Origin: an uncultured Chloroflexia bacterium
Lineage (GTDB): Bacteria; Chloroflexota; Anaerolineae; CG2-30-64-16
Length of the DNA stretch: 64,000 bases
Reading direction: 5' to 3'
Assembly (NCBI GenBank): GCA_963810095.1
Contig: CAWEMM010000002.1
Location: forward strand, 160,001-224,000
Shown: positions 20,516 to 30,974 of the stretch, piece by piece
Numbering within the stretch: the stretch's first letter is position 1
Layout: every line of letters begins with the position of its first letter
The notes under the pieces: generated by a model
Told to the model about the DNA's origin: nothing
Databases searched by the model: none
What the model saw: the letters and a program-made list of their open reading frames with translations, nothing else
Translations under genes and position numbers: made by a program

Positions 20516-22664
20516 TTGAAACCGAGCGCACAGGAAACGGCCGGTTGGGCCATTGTGGGGCTGGCCTTCGTGGCCCTGGCGTTGCTCGCATTCGACCTGG
20601 GATTAGGTGCGCCGCCCCTGCGCATCCTCTTCGGTTGGGGCGCCCTTCTGCTCGTCCCCGCGCTGGTTGCCGGCGGCTTAGCGCTCATCCTCGCAAGCCG
20701 CAGGGGTTGGCGTGTCCGCTGGGTTCCGATCGTCTGCGCCGAAGTCATCTTCCTCGCGTTACTGGGGCTCAGCCACATCTCATCGACCGCCGGGCTTGCC
20801 GACGCGCTGCTCGGAGTACGCGGCGGATTGATGGGCTGGGGCATCAGCGGATTCCTGCTCGAGTTGCTTTCCCCCGTCCTCGTCTGGCTCGTCCTGCTGC
20901 TAATCACGCTCGGTGCGCTCGCGGTCCTGCTCTACAGCCTGCCGCGGGAGTGGATTGCCGCGTCGGCCGTCGCTCGATGACCTGCTTCGCCGCGGAACGG
21001 GCCGGCCTGCCGTGCTGCTTGCCCGGCTGCGGGGCCAGCCAGCTGGCCCGCCTCCGCCGGCCGTGGCCGTCCCCAGCGGGCCCCAGCCGCTCCAGCCGAT
21101 CCCCGTCGATCTTGGCGGCGCCGCGCCCGCGAAGAAGGACCTGTCGCGCCGCCGGCGTTCCAACACCGCACAGCCGGTCGCGCGGCCCGACTGGCTGCCA
21201 CCCATGGACTACCTCAAGCCCGATCCGGCGGCGGGGGCTCCGGCCGCAGCAGGAGCCTACTCGGCCAACTCGCGCCAGAAGGCGCAGCTCATCAAGCAGA
21301 CCCTGGCCGACTTCGGCGTTCCCGTGGAGATCGTCAGCATCAAGGAGGGCCCCACGGTGACTCAGTTCGGGATTCAGCCCGGCGAGGTGGTGCTCGAGCG
21401 CGACGGCCAGACGATCCGCCGGCGTGTCTCGGTACAGCGCATCCTCAAGCTGCGTGATGACCTCGCGCTGGAGCTCGCGGCCGCCTCGCTCCGCATCGAG
21501 GCGCCTGTGCCGGGCCGGCCCTACGTTGGCATCGAGGTGGCCAACACGTCAAAGACGCTCGTCAACCTGCGCGGGGTGCTGGAGTCGGAGAGTTTCTGGG
21601 GCTCGCATGCGCCGCTGGCCGTGGGGCTCGGTCGCGACGTCTCCGGCGACCCGGTCGTCGTGGACCTGGCGCGCATGCCCCACCTCCTTATCGCGGGCGC
21701 GACGGGCTCGGGCAAGTCTGTCTGCGTGAACGCGATCATCTGCAGCCTGCTGATGAGCAACGGGCCGGAAACCGTGCGCTTCGTGATGGTCGATCCGAAA
21801 ATGGTCGAGCTGCCGGGCTACAACGGCGCGCCCCACCTGCTCGGCCCCGTCATCACCGATCCCGCGCAAGCCACGGCCGCACTCTCGTGGCTGATGCTCC
21901 AGATGGACGAGCGCTACCGGCTGTTTTCGGACGCAGGTGTGCGCAACGTCGACGACTACAACCGGAAGGCCAGGCGCTCGCGCGACAAGCGACCCCTGCC
22001 CTCCATCGTTTTGATCATCGACGAGCTGGCCGACCTGATGATGACCTCCGCGGTCGACGTCGAGCGCCAGCTCTGCCGCCTCGGGCAGATGGCGCGCGCC
22101 ACCGGCATTCACCTGGTCCTCGCCACGCAGCGGCCCTCGGTCGACGTCATCACGGGTCTCATCAAGGCCAACTTCCCGGCACGCATTGCGTTCGCCGTGA
22201 CGACCCAGATCGACAGCCGCGTGATCCTCGACACGCCGGGCGCTGAGAAGCTGCTGGGCCGCGGCGACATGCTCTTCATGGCGCCCGACTCGGCCAAGCT
22301 TGCCCGCATTCAAGGCTGTTACGTATCGGACCGTGAGATCGAGCGGGTCGTGGAGTTCTGGACGACTCGTCCGGCCAGCGACGTTACGCCGATGCCCGAG
22401 ACGCCGCCGTGGGCGGGCATGGGCGGCGGCGACCAGGACGACAAGCTCTTGCAGCAGGCGCTCCGGCTGCTGGAGGGCAAGACGCGGGTTTCCACCAGCC
22501 TGCTGCAGCGCCAGCTCCGCGTCGGCTTCCCGCGGGCCGCCCGCTTGATGGACCAGCTGGAGGACATGGGCGCCGTGGCTTCAGACGAGGGCGGCGGCCG
22601 CTCGCGCGAAGTGCTTTACCGCCCCGAGTCCGGCGGGTCTACGGCCGAAGATGCCTTTCTTTGA
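20516..22664 (+). CDS. ftsK: DNA translocase FtsK/SpoIIIE; frameshift near 20975
   Basis: N-terminal TM ORF plus motor ORF with PHLLIAGATGSGKS, IIDELADLM, LATQRPSVDVITG and gamma domain STSLLQRQLRVGFPRAARL; TTG start approximate. Confidence 0.92.
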
Positions 22665-22688
22665 GCCCTGCCGGCCGTGGGATATAAT
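22661..22688 (+). promoter_or_regulatory. Promoter of tRNA-Val
   Basis: TTGAGC-16nt-TATAAT. Confidence 0.6.
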
Positions 22689-22713
22689 GCGGTCGTCCCA
22701 AGCAAAAACGCCC

Positions 22714-22787
<74 letters not shown>

Positions 22788-22794
22788 TCGATTG

Positions 22795-22835
22795 ACCTGG
22801 TCCTGTCCCGCCCCCGTCGACAAGGCCAGGTTTTG
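22795..22835 (+). terminator. Hairpin with U-tract after the tRNA
   Basis: ACCTGGTCCTGTC...GACAAGGCCAGGT-TTTT. Confidence 0.6.
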
Positions 22836-22853
22836 TTATTTGCCGGAGGTTTG

Positions 22854-24238
22854 ATGTCGCAAATGGTTTCGCCCGACCCGCGGCGCAGTCTGCCCAGCGT
22901 CGACCGCCTGATCGCGCAGCCCGAGCTGGTGTCCGCGGCCGAGATGCACGGACGGCAGGCAGTGCTCGCCGCGGCGCACCAGGTGCTGGGTGAAACGCGA
23001 TCAAGCATCGGGCCAGGGCGGCCTGCGCCCGACCTGGCAAGGCTCGTCGCGATGGTGGGCGAACGGCTCGACCAGGACGTGGCGCCGACCCTGCGATACG
23101 TCATCAACGCCACCGGCATCATTATCCACACGAACCTGGGCCGCGCGCTGCTCTCCTCGGAGGCTCGGGCGGCCATGGTCGCGGCGGCAGCCGGCTACTC
23201 CAACCTCGAGTACGACCTGGAGACGGGCAGCCGCGGCTCGCGGTATGTCCATGCCGAGGCCCTCCTGTGCAAGCTGACGGGCGCAGAGGCTGCGCTCGTC
23301 GTGAATAACAATGCCGGTGCGGTTCTGCTCGCACTCACTGCCTTGGCCCGCGGTCGCAGCGTCGTGATCTCCCGCGGCCAACTGGTCGAGATCGGCGGCG
23401 GATTTCGCATCCCCGACGTGATGCGCCAGAGCGGCGCCCGGCTTGTCGAGGTGGGCACGACCAACCGGACGCACGGCCGCGATTTCGAGAACGCCGTAGA
23501 CGCAGACACCGCGCTCCTGCTCCGCGTGCACTCTTCCAACTTCAGGCAGGTCGGCTTTACCGCGGAGGTCGCGCTGTCCGAGATGGCTGCTATCGCGCAT
23601 ACCCGCGGGATCCTGCTCGTGGACGATCTCGGCAGTGGCACGCTGCTCGACACCTCGCCATACGGGCTCGCCGCGAGCCCTTGGTGACGGAAAGCATCTC
23701 CGCCGGCGCGGACCTGGTGACGTTCAGCGGCGACAAGCTCCTCGGCGGTCCGCAGGCGGGCTTGATCGTGGGGCGGGCCGATCTCGTGGAGAAGCTGCGG
23801 AGGCACCCGCTGACACGGGCGCTGCGCGTGGACAAGGTGACGCTGGCGGGGCTGCAGGCCACGCTGTTGCACTATTACCGCGGGACCGCACTGGCCGAGA
23901 TACCGGTGTGGCAGATGATCGGCGCGCCCGCCGCGAACCTTCAACGACGCGCAGCTGCGCTGATCGCCGAGCTAGACGCCGCGGGGGTGCAGGCCCGGGG
24001 GCTTGCGCTGCAGAGCGCGGTGGGCGGCGGCTCGCTGCCCGGAGAAACCTTGCCGAGCTTCGGCTTGGCCATCGCGGGCCCGTCGCCCGATCGCCTGGGT
24101 GCGGCGCTTCGTAAGGGCAGCCCACCCGTGGCAGCGCGGATTGCCGAAGGGGAGCTCCTGGTCGACCTTCGTACCGTTCAGCCGGCCGAGGACAGTGCGC
24201 TGGCTAAGGCGCTGGTCACGGCATATTTGAGCTTGTGA
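22854..24238 (+). CDS. selA: L-seryl-tRNA(Sec) selenium transferase (selenocysteine synthase); frameshift near 23673
   Basis: VINATGIIIHTNLGRA, VVNNNAGA, SRGQLVEIGGGFRIPDVM, EVGTTNRT, DDLGSG, FSGDKLLGGPQAG (PLP Lys), RALRVDK, VGGGSLP; GGAGG RBS. Confidence 0.95.
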
Positions 24239-24247
24239 GACAGGACA

Positions 24248-24650
24248 ATGAGTGAGACGCTGACGTTCCAGGCGCGCACGATCAAGGCGGGCCGCGCGGA
24301 GGGCCCGGCCCTGGTGTCCTCGGCGCCGATCGGTTTTCTGGGCGGGGTCGACCCGGACACTGGAATCGTGCTCGAGCCCGGGCACCCGCTGCAGGGCCGC
24401 ATCGATCAAAGGTTCGGTCCTCGTGTTTCCCACGGGCAAGGGCAGCACGGTCGGGTCGTATACGATCCTGCGCCTCGCCAAGAGCGGCGCAGGGCCGGTT
24501 GCGATGATTAATGAGAGCAGCGAGGCGATCGTCGCCGTCGGCGCGATCATCGCCGACGTGCCTATGGTCGACCAGGTGGACATCGGACAGATTCGCGACG
24601 GCGACTGGGTGCTGGTCGACGGCGGCACGGTGACCGTTACTCGCACGTAA
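24248..24650 (+). CDS. Aconitase X swivel domain (DUF126; phosphomevalonate dehydratase small subunit-like); frameshift near 24401
   Basis: GFLGGVDPDTG, GHPL, FPTGKGSTVGSY, IVAVGAIIADVPMVD. Confidence 0.88.
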
Positions 24651-24652
24651 AC

Positions 24653-24681
24653 AAACCGGGTTTCTGCCAGAAACCCGGTTT
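24653..24681. repeat. REP-like inverted repeat, family B
   Basis: AAACCGGGTTTCT-gcc-AGAAACCCGGTTT perfect hairpin. Confidence 0.7.
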
Positions 24682-24694
24682 ATCGAGGATTTCA

Positions 24695-25510
24695 GTGCCA
24701 GAACTCGTGTTCCTCAAGCTCGGCGGCTCGCTACTGACCGACAAAACCCGATCCCAGGCCCTGCGGCCCGACGTCCTGGCGCGACTCGCGCTCGAGCTGG
24801 CAGACGCTCTTTCCGTCCGGCCCGACCTGCGCCTGCTGCTCGGGCACGGCAGCGGCTCCTTCGGCCACGTCGCCGCACGGGAGCACGGCACGCGGGCCGG
24901 CGTGCGCACACCTGCTCAGTGGCGCGGGTACGCCGAGGTCAGCCACGTCGCGTCCGAACTGAACCGGCTGGTGGTCGACGCGCTGTGGGCGTCGGGCGTT
25001 CCTGCACTGCGTATCCAACCCTCCGCCTCTGCTGCGTGCCACGATGGGGAACTGCGATTTCTGGCAGAGCGTCCCATAGTTGCCGCCCTGGAGAACGGGC
25101 TGGCACCCGTCGTGCACGGCGACGTAAGCATGGATGAGGTGCGGGGCGGCACGATCGTCTCGACTGAAGAGATATTCGCCTATCTCGCGCCGCGGTTGCG
25201 CCCGGCGCGTGTGGTGCTCGTGGGTGAGGTCGCGGGCGTGCTGACCGCAGACCCCGCATCTGGCGTGCGCGGAGACGTTGTCGATACTATCTCGCCGGCG
25301 TCCGCGCCCGGGCTCCTGCAGGCGCTGGGCGGCTCGCGGGGAGTTGACGTAACGGGCGGTATGGCGGCTAAGGTGAGCGAGATGCTGGCCCTCGTCCGGT
25401 CGGTTGACAGCCTGGCAGCCGTCCATATTGTGTCCGGCCTGATCCCCGGCCTGGTGCGAGATGTTCTTGTCGATCCAGACGTCGCCAGCGGCACCCGCAT
25501 CGTCAGGTAA
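24695..25510 (+). CDS. Isopentenyl phosphate kinase (amino-acid kinase family)
   Basis: LKLGGSLLTDK, HGSGSFGH, PVVHGDV, DVTGGMAAKV signature motifs. Confidence 0.88.
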   Translation: MPELVFLKLGGSLLTDKTRSQALRPDVLARLALELADALSVRPDLRLLLGHGSGSFGHVAAREHGTRAGVRTPAQWRGYAEVSHVASELNRLVVDALWASGVPALRIQPSASAACHDGELRFLAERPIVAALENGLAPVVHGDVSMDEVRGGTIVSTEEIFAYLAPRLRPARVVLVGEVAGVLTADPASGVRGDVVDTISPASAPGLLQALGGSRGVDVTGGMAAKVSEMLALVRSVDSLAAVHIVSGLIPGLVRDVLVDPDVASGTRIVR

Positions 25511-25661
25511 GCCGGCGATCGACCGATGGCCCTCCGGAAGCCTGCCTGCTGACGGCGAGGCTTTTGTAACATATCATCGGAATGGATATAATGAATGTCC
25601 GCGCGATCTACGGTGGAGCCGGTGGCTCGCTGCAGGCGCGTGGAGCAAATGTGAGGACTAG

Positions 25662-26753
25662 ATGTTACTGACCGTCATCTCGTTCATCCTCGTGATGGGC
25701 ATCGTTGTTTTTGTGCACGAACTCGGCCACCTGCTGGCAGCAAAGCGCAACGGCATCGTCGTAGAAGAATTTGGGCTGGGATATCCTCCGCGGGTACTCA
25801 AGCTCTTCGAGCGCGGGGGCACCGTCTACACGCTGAACGCCATCCCGTTTGGTGGGTTCGCCCGTATGCGTGGCGAGGACGACCCGACGGAGCCGGGCAG
25901 TTTTGCGGCCGCGTCCCGGATGGCGCGCTTCAAGGCGCTCGCTGCCGGACCGCTGATGAATTTCTTGCTGGCAATTATCCTGTTCAGTATCCTGGGCCTC
26001 GTCCAGGGGATGCCCGACGAGAGCAAGCCCGGCGCCGTCGTCAAGGGTCTCATCGCCGGCGCGCCTGCTGCAGCGGCGGGACTGCGCGTCGAGGACCGGA
26101 TCGTCGCGGCCGATGGCCAACCGATCGCGGCCATGACCGACCTGCAGACGTACACGATGGCCCACCTGGGCCAGCCGGTGCGCTACACCGTCGTCCGCCC
26201 AGGCCAGGGCGGCGACGAGACTCTCGTCGTCACAGTCACACCCCGGGCAAATCCGCCGAAGAATGAGGGCGCACTTGGCATCCAGATCGGCACGGCCATG
26301 CGCCCGACGAAGGTTTGGGAAGCCGGGTGGTCGGGCGTGAAATCGGTCGCGAACATCATCTACATGACCTTCTCGATTCCGGCGACCTTGCTGCGCGAGG
26401 GCAAGCCGATCAGCGATGCGGGGTTCATGGGCCCTGTGGGTATCGCTGCGACGACCGGGCAGTTCGTGCGCTTGGGGATTTCCAGTGCATCGATCCAGCC
26501 AATCCTGTACTTTATCGCGGTCATCAGCGCAGCCCTGGGACTGACGAACCTGCTGCCCATACCGGCGCTTGACGGCGGCCGCCTGCTCTTCCTGTTCATC
26601 GAGATGATTCGCGGCCGGCGCATCGAGCCGGCGCGCGAAGGCATGGTGCACCTGATCGGTTTCGGTTTGCTCTTGCTGCTGGTGGGCGTACTCACCGTGC
26701 GCGAGATTGGCTCGCTCATTAACGGCACGTTCCCCACGATCGGCTTGCCGTAA
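25662..26753 (+). CDS. rseP: Site-2 protease RseP (M50, PDZ)
   Basis: HELGH, IPFGGFARM, AGPLMN, PDZ segment, NLLPIPALDGG. Confidence 0.93.
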   Translation: MLLTVISFILVMGIVVFVHELGHLLAAKRNGIVVEEFGLGYPPRVLKLFERGGTVYTLNAIPFGGFARMRGEDDPTEPGSFAAASRMARFKALAAGPLMNFLLAIILFSILGLVQGMPDESKPGAVVKGLIAGAPAAAAGLRVEDRIVAADGQPIAAMTDLQTYTMAHLGQPVRYTVVRPGQGGDETLVVTVTPRANPPKNEGALGIQIGTAMRPTKVWEAGWSGVKSVANIIYMTFSIPATLLREGKPISDAGFMGPVGIAATTGQFVRLGISSASIQPILYFIAVISAALGLTNLLPIPALDGGRLLFLFIEMIRGRRIEPAREGMVHLIGFGLLLLLVGVLTVREIGSLINGTFPTIGLP

Positions 26754-26831
26754 GGCTCCTGACAAGTTGACGCTCGGGCCCGGATCGGCTCAACCCGGGC
26801 GTCAACCACCCCCTCCACCGAGGATTGTCGC

Positions 26832-28223
26832 ATGTATTGTAGACGCTGCGGGGCGACCCTCCACCAGGGTGTCGTCGTCTGCCCCGAATGCGGGGCCCGC
26901 CAGCGCCGCGGCATCAGTTCCGTCCGCTGTGCGCGTTGTGGTCACCGTGTATCGCTGGGCTTGACCGTGTGCCCCCACTGCGGTCGAGACGTGCACCCCG
27001 CCGGGCCGCGCTGGGGCTTGTGGCTGGCCGGTTTCGCCGTGATCGCCGTGGCGGCCCTTTGGGGTCTCGGCGAGCTACCTGTCGACCGGATCAAGACCGA
27101 GGTTGCCTCGATGCGGACGCAGGTCTCGCGGGTCGTCCAGTTCCTGGGACCTGTCGCCTCCCCGACAACCGTGCCCACCCGCAGGCCGACGGCCCAGGCA
27201 GTCGCCGCGCTGCCCGACACCCCCACGCCGACGCCGACGAAGGTCGTGCCGCCTGTGAGTGAGGTCGAGCCAACGCCGCAGCCGACGCCAGACACCCCGA
27301 CACCGGACGCGACGGCTGCCTTCAATCTGCCGGCGCTGACCCCGACGTCGAGTCCCACGCTGGAACCAACGTCGACGGAGACCCCGGCGCCGACGAGCAC
27401 TGCCACGACCGAGCCGACCGCGACGCCAACCACCACCCCGCCACCCCCGCCCAGCGGCCGGGTGACCTACAAGGTGAAGTCGGGCGATACACTCTCGAGC
27501 ATTGCGGCGAAGTACGGCGTTACGTGGCAGGCACTGGCCGATGCGAACAAGCTAACCAGCCGCTCGACGCTGCGTATCGGGCAGGAGTTGGTGATTCCTG
27601 TGGCCGGCAGCGCGGCCCAGCCCGCACCGACAGCCGCGCCCAGCGGTGCCGGCACCAAATACAAGGTGAAGTCGGGCGATTCGCTGTCGAGTATCGCGAC
27701 GCAGTTCGGCATCACCTGGCAGGTACTGGCGGCCGCGAACGGCCTGACCGCGCAGTCGCGGCTGAGCGTTGGACAGGAGCTAACAATTCCGGGCAAGGAG
27801 GGCGCGCCGCAGGCTGCCTCCACAGCTCCGCCCCCGCCAACCGCCACCCGCCCGCCGGCGCCGACAGCGGTCGCTTTGCTGGCCGCGCCGCGCATCGTCG
27901 ACCCGGCCGACCAGGCATCGTACGGCGGCGGGCGCACCGAAATCTATCTGAGTTGGAAGCAAGTGGATGAGGTGCCGTCGGGGGCCGGGTACCGTGTCTC
28001 GATCCAGTGGACCGAGCAGGGCGTGCCGATGGAGTACCTTGTGCCGGTAACGAATGCGACCAGCATCCGCATGCCTTCGTGGCTGTTCGAACGGGCCGAC
28101 CAACCCACCCGCAAGTACTTGTGGTCGGTCAGGGTGGTGCAGCCGACGACCGACGGGCAGGGCAGGGAGAAGGATCTCCTGTTGAGCCCGGCGAGTGAAA
28201 CGCGCGTCTTGTATTGGTATTGA
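26832..28223 (+). CDS. Double zinc-ribbon / TM / Pro-Thr linker / 2x LysM protein
   Basis: Four CxxC pairs at the N-terminus; TM helix; YKVKSGDTLSSIA and YKVKSGDSLSSIA LysM repeats. Confidence 0.88.
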   Translation: MYCRRCGATLHQGVVVCPECGARQRRGISSVRCARCGHRVSLGLTVCPHCGRDVHPAGPRWGLWLAGFAVIAVAALWGLGELPVDRIKTEVASMRTQVSRVVQFLGPVASPTTVPTRRPTAQAVAALPDTPTPTPTKVVPPVSEVEPTPQPTPDTPTPDATAAFNLPALTPTSSPTLEPTSTETPAPTSTATTEPTATPTTTPPPPPSGRVTYKVKSGDTLSSIAAKYGVTWQALADANKLTSRSTLRIGQELVIPVAGSAAQPAPTAAPSGAGTKYKVKSGDSLSSIATQFGITWQVLAAANGLTAQSRLSVGQELTIPGKEGAPQAASTAPPPPTATRPPAPTAVALLAAPRIVDPADQASYGGGRTEIYLSWKQVDEVPSGAGYRVSIQWTEQGVPMEYLVPVTNATSIRMPSWLFERADQPTRKYLWSVRVVQPTTDGQGREKDLLLSPASETRVLYWY

Positions 28224-28252
28224 TGATTCAACCAGAGTGGATTCTGTGAGAT

Positions 28253-29479
28253 ATGAGCCAGGAATTTGAATCGGTACTGACCCAGTTGGCCGACGCGAGC
28301 CGGCCCGTTCGTTCGATCGATCTCTTCCCGTTGTCCGACATCGGGCGAGAGCGGTTGCCTCACTTCGCGGGCACGTGGAGCGGTCTGGACGGGCCGCGGC
28401 GCCTTGAGTTAGTGCAGGTGTTGGTCGAGCAGGCCGAGGCGAACATTCACCTCAATTTCCATGCGATCCTGCGTTCGCTGCTGACAGACGCCGACGCAGA
28501 GGTGCGCCGTCTCGCCATCGAGGGGCTGTGGGAGGACGAGAAGCCGAGCCTTATCGCACCCCTGATTGCCCTCTTGCGAGAGGACCCGTCGGCCGAGGTG
28601 CGCGCCTCGGCCGCCAGCTCGCTCGGCCGCTATGTGTTGTTGGGCGTGCTGGAGGAGATCGGGATTGAGGCTGCCTCGTCGGCCGAGTCGGCGCTGCACG
28701 AAACCTGGTTCCGCGAGGGCGAGGTCAATGCGGTGCGCCGGCGCGCACTCGAAGGGTTGGCGTTCGGCTCGCTTCCCGACTTGAACGAGCTGATCCTTAA
28801 CGCCTACTATGATGACGACGAGTCCATGCGGCAGAGCGCGCTTTTTGCCATGGGCCGCACAGCCGACGGCCGGTGGTCGAAGGTGGTGCTGAGCGAGCTC
28901 GACAGCCATGAGCCGGCGATGCGGTTCGATGCGGCGCAGGCAGCGGGCGAAATGGGCCTGCGCCGCGCGGTGCAGCCGTTGATCCGCCACCTTGACGATC
29001 CGGACGAATCGGTGCGCGAGGCCGCGGTGGCGGCGCTCGGCAAGATCGGCGGCCCGGTCGCCAAGAGGGCGCTGCAGGTGGTGCTGAAGCTGGACGACGA
29101 AGCGCTGGCCCAGGCAGCAGACGATGCGCTGGCCGAGCTGGCGTTCAACGCCGAAGCGGAAGAAGCGGCGCTGGAGGCAGGCGGCAACGGCAGGCCGCGC
29201 GCCGGTCACGAGCGCGACGACGAGGATTTCGACTACGAAGGCGATGAGGACGATCCGGACGACCTTGAGGAAGACGAAGACTCTGACTGGAACGACGAGT
29301 TCGAGGACGACGGGGGCGATCTGGAGTGGGCCGGCGAGGACGAAGACGACCTGGCCTGGGAGGATGACGACGACGAGGCCGAGGACGGCGTGATCCTCGA
29401 CGAAGACTCCGATGACCTCGACTTCGACGAAGACGATGAAGCGGAAGACGGCGCCTCACGCCAACACCGGCAAAGATGA
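28253..29479 (+). CDS. HEAT/PBS-lyase repeat protein with acidic tail
   Basis: Repeated D-x-x-x-x-V-R-x-x-A-x-x-x-L-G; about 90-aa Asp/Glu-rich C-terminus. Confidence 0.85.
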   Translation: MSQEFESVLTQLADASRPVRSIDLFPLSDIGRERLPHFAGTWSGLDGPRRLELVQVLVEQAEANIHLNFHAILRSLLTDADAEVRRLAIEGLWEDEKPSLIAPLIALLREDPSAEVRASAASSLGRYVLLGVLEEIGIEAASSAESALHETWFREGEVNAVRRRALEGLAFGSLPDLNELILNAYYDDDESMRQSALFAMGRTADGRWSKVVLSELDSHEPAMRFDAAQAAGEMGLRRAVQPLIRHLDDPDESVREAAVAALGKIGGPVAKRALQVVLKLDDEALAQAADDALAELAFNAEAEEAALEAGGNGRPRAGHERDDEDFDYEGDEDDPDDLEEDEDSDWNDEFEDDGGDLEWAGEDEDDLAWEDDDDEAEDGVILDEDSDDLDFDEDDEAEDGASRQHRQR

Positions 29480-29493
29480 CATCTGGGGCCTGA

Positions 29494-30399
29494 ATGCTAG
29501 CCGACATCTTCGGCACGGTGCTGCTGCCCATCGTGCTGATCGTGAGTGTGGGCTTCGCTTTGGGCAGGGTGACGCGTGTCGACAGCCGGCCGTTGGCGCT
29601 GGCGGTCTTCTATCTCTTCAACCCGTGCCTGGTGTTCGTGTCGATGGCGGCCACACCGGTTGCCGCAGCTTTGCTGGGCAAGCTCGCGTTGCTGAAGATC
29701 CTGGTCATCGTCTCGCTGATCGTCCTGGCGAACGTTGCGGCCGCCGCCCTCAAGCTCTCGCCCGTGCTTCGCAGCGCGTTTATCCTGGCGGTTGCCTTTT
29801 CAAACAGCGGCAATTTCGGCCTTTCGGTCACCGAGTTCGCGTTTGGACAGGCGGGGCTGACGTTGGCGCTGGTTTGCTTCATGATAGACAACCTGGCGGT
29901 CAACTCGGTGGGCGTCTACTATGCCGCCCGCGGCCGGGCGAGCCCACGCCGTGCCCTGCTCCAGGTGGCCGGAAACCCGGCACTGTATGCGCTGGCGCTG
30001 GGACTCCTCGTGCACGAGACCGGGTGGCAGGTGCCGCTTGCCATCAGCCGCGCCGCCGAAACCCTGGGCCGGGCGGCCGTCCCGACGATGCAGACCGTGC
30101 TGGGCATTCAGTTAGCGACCTTGACCTTTACGCGGCAGCACAGCAAGGCTATCGGCTGGGCGAGCTTTCTGAGCGTGATTGTGGCGCCGTTGCTTGCTGC
30201 GCTGTGGGTCATTCCCTTGGGAATCACCGGGCTCGCACGGCAAGTCGGCATCCTGGAATCCGCCGTCCCGACCGCGGTCAGTGCGTCGATCGTGGCGACG
30301 CGGTACGACAGCGAGCCCGCCCTTGTTTCCGGCACCGTGCTGGTGACATCTCTGCTCAGCCTGGTTACGATCACGCTGGCTCTCTATTGGATGCGATAA
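29494..30399 (+). CDS. AEC (auxin efflux carrier) family transporter
   Basis: FNPCLVF, FSNSGNFGL, NPALYA, ILESAVPTAV; about 10 TM. Confidence 0.9.
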   Translation: MLADIFGTVLLPIVLIVSVGFALGRVTRVDSRPLALAVFYLFNPCLVFVSMAATPVAAALLGKLALLKILVIVSLIVLANVAAAALKLSPVLRSAFILAVAFSNSGNFGLSVTEFAFGQAGLTLALVCFMIDNLAVNSVGVYYAARGRASPRRALLQVAGNPALYALALGLLVHETGWQVPLAISRAAETLGRAAVPTMQTVLGIQLATLTFTRQHSKAIGWASFLSVIVAPLLAALWVIPLGITGLARQVGILESAVPTAVSASIVATRYDSEPALVSGTVLVTSLLSLVTITLALYWMR

Positions 30400-30956
30400 T
30401 GAGCGCCTCAAAGAAATCAAAACCTTCCGCGGCGGACGATGCGCAGCGGGCCGAGCGCGTCCAGCGGTTGCTGGCCGAAGGTGCGCAGCTGCTGTCTCAG
30501 CACCGCCCCGGCGAAGCGATCCCGCCGCTCACGAAGGTGCTCGAGCTCGACCCGGAGAACGCCGCGGCGGCCATCAACCTGGGGGGCGCGTACATTCTCC
30601 AGGGGAAGCACAAACAAGCCGTGCCCGTCCTCGAGCGGGCCGCTCGGCTGGAGCCCGACAACGCGATGGTCTGGATGAACCTTGCGGCTGCCTACCTGGG
30701 CAAGCTGCCGTTCGCCACCCCCCAGATGCAGGACCGCGCCATCGACGCATTCAGACATGCGTTGGCGCTTGACCCGCGCGCGCCGCACGTGAACTACAAC
30801 CTGGGCTTGATTTACATCGAACGGAATGACGTCGAGCAGGCCGCGCTGCACTTCTACGCTGCGCTCGAGACGGATCCGAACGACCGGGATGCGGAGACCT
30901 GGCTCGACCGGATCCGGCGCGGGGAGCTCAAAAAAGATGAGCCCCCGGAGAACTGA
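30399..30956 (+). CDS. Tetratricopeptide repeat protein
   Basis: TAATG overlap; TPR motifs (AAINLGGAY, VWMNLAAAY, VNYNLGLIY). Confidence 0.88.
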   Translation: MSASKKSKPSAADDAQRAERVQRLLAEGAQLLSQHRPGEAIPPLTKVLELDPENAAAAINLGGAYILQGKHKQAVPVLERAARLEPDNAMVWMNLAAAYLGKLPFATPQMQDRAIDAFRHALALDPRAPHVNYNLGLIYIERNDVEQAALHFYAALETDPNDRDAETWLDRIRRGELKKDEPPEN

Positions 30957-30974
30957 AGGAGACCGCAGGATTCC

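Noticed and set aside
22788-22853. Integrative element at the tRNA 3' end
   Set aside because: No integrase, no duplicated tRNA 3' end seen, and housekeeping genes follow
23681-23687. TGA in selA (and at 20978-20980 in ftsK) as Sec or read-through codons
   Set aside because: Homologous sequence continues in a different frame, so these are frameshifts, not recoding
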